Source: Octopus vulgaris (lineage: Eukaryota). Taken from it: 64,000 nt of DNA. The DNA lies in NCBI GenBank assembly GCA_951406725.2, contig OX597816.1, positions 181,908,001-181,972,000 of the forward strand, in the 5' to 3' direction. Below, one piece after another: positions 62,345 to 64,000 of the stretch; the first letter of the stretch is position 1, and every line of letters begins with the position of its first letter. Under the pieces are notes generated by a model, which was given only the letters and a program-made list of their open reading frames with translations, did not search any database and had not been told where the DNA came from. Made by a program: the position numbers and the translations under genes.

Positions 62345-64000
62345 GAAGAACGACTAGGAATTCCTGTGAGACAACCTGGTGTGAGTCCCAGTTAAAATTT
62401 GCGGTTGAAACAAAGTATCGTCCAGATGAAAGGTGATACACCTGCAGAATATTGCTGTAGATAGTCATGAAAGCTAAAAGACTGGTTTGGAAAGACTTGA
62501 GGAAATGGAGCGCAGTTAAAAAGAGTATCAAGCAGCTAGAAGTGAAGCTAGACAGCACATTGGCAAAGCAAGTGGTTTGCCAGTGTTTCACAAAATCAGA
62601 AGCATGGGATGTTCGATATTGCAAAGTAGTGTATCAGTATGAGTAAAGTTATGGCTAAGATAAGGTGTCTTTGGAATGGCAGCAGCTTCACTCTTACAAC
62701 AATGAGATGAAAGATGCTCAGAAGTGATCCTACAAGAAGTAATTGCTTGCAAAGAATGTTTGAGATGAATCAAAATGAGGTAAAGAAGACCCAGTTGAGG
62801 AACCAGCTAGTGAAGCTGACAGTTATATGGTTGAAATAGCTTTTTAGGATATGAAAGTGGTGAGTTGCTAAAAATCACTGGTGAAGCAGAGCTGAAGCCA
62901 CTTAATTAGTCAACCACTTATAGTTCAGGAAGGGGCCATATTCAATGATTAGCGTAACAGTATCATCATCAATTGCTACAAAAGTAAAATTACTTCAGAG
63001 AGAAGCAACTACTGTGGTAGCAGCAAACCAATGGATGAAGTTATGGTAGTAACAGAAATAGTTATGGGACAACTTTAAATTTGCACAACAGGCAAAATAC
63101 CATTGATGTCCTCTTCTTAGAGAGACAATTACAGAAGTTCTTTTCTAAGAACAATACACTAGTATTTGTTTTATCTGGAGAAACATTTTAACAAGGCTTT
63201 CTGTAGATTGGAATCCTTATGATAAAAAGATAGGTGTCTATCATGGGCTCATTTCTCAGTTCCTTCTATTTATTGTTGTTCTCTACATTATGAGAGAGGT
63301 GTAAATTCTCTATGTTGATGACTTAATATCCATGGCTAATTTGTTAAGGTGTTGGAGAAGAAATTCCAAACATGAAAGTAAAGTTTAGCATCAAGGAAAC
63401 TTTATAAAAACAAAATGTTTAGTTAGCAGGGGAAAAGACAAGACTCTCCTGCCATCTGGGAGATGGCCATGCTCAATCTGCAGGAAAAGAATCGGTAAGA
63501 ATTGCTTATAGTATAGTACACAAGAACTGCAGTAGAATCACAAGCAAGCTAATAAAGTTAGACTAACAGTAACAACACTCATAGCTGACCTAATTAGTAG
63601 TGGAGGAGGAGGTTTAAAAAAATGGAGTAAGAACAGAGTGATAATGGCTTGGTATTACTTGTGCCAGCTTGGAGGATTCTCTCTCCAAGTGAAGGGCAGA
63701 TTATATAGATCTTGAGTACAAAGTGCAGTGTTACATGGTAGTGAACCATATGTATTGAAAATGAAGGATGTGCAAGAACTGGAGAGAAATGAGCCAAGCA
63801 TGCACTGTGGGATATGTGTTTAGGAACAATAGAAAACTGATGAACTGTGTGTTGAGAAAAACTGAGTCTGAAAGGAATCAAATGTAATGTGCAAGATAAC
63901 AGACTGCAATGGTAAGATCATGTGAGGCATATGGATGGTCAGATAAAAGTGTGCTAGGTAATCCAGGTGAAAGGAACTTAAATGCAAGAGAAGAAGACAT
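62345..64000 (+). mobile_element. Degenerate RTE-clade LINE fragment, runs to window end
   Basis: GAIFND..SIIINCYKSK, DVLFLERQLQ, LYVDD (63308-63322), SGRWPCSICRK, LHGSEP; homologous to 58420-60050. Confidence 0.75.

Overview
AT-rich eukaryotic genomic DNA. The SINE families, microsatellite load and intron sizes look like a coleoid cephalopod such as Octopus (inference, not checked). The window is almost entirely inside one + strand multi-exon gene. I assembled nine GT-AG exons by hand (5352-5567, 19638-19749, 32089-32201, 32776-33288, 49463-49629, 54330-54513, 55868-55963, 56425-56572, 57495-57709; 1764 nt, 588 codons, no stop, all splice phases compatible). They encode two complete 10-cysteine follistatin (FOLN+Kazal) modules joined in frame, through a two-residue linker, to the L1, Cys-rich and L2 ectodomain of an insulin/IGF-receptor family protein. 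I know of no insulin receptor with this architecture, and it is the main finding. The signal-peptide exon and the FnIII/TM/kinase exons are not visible in the window. The introns hold a frameshifted Penelope-like retroelement (RT + GIY-YIG) with minimal hammerhead-like motifs, degenerate RTE and CR1/L2-like LINEs, several SINE families, and piggyBac-, hAT- and Tigger-like MITEs. They also hold a 63 x 38-bp minisatellite, a perfect 113-bp palindrome and other inverted duplications. All calls come from manual reading; no database search was run.
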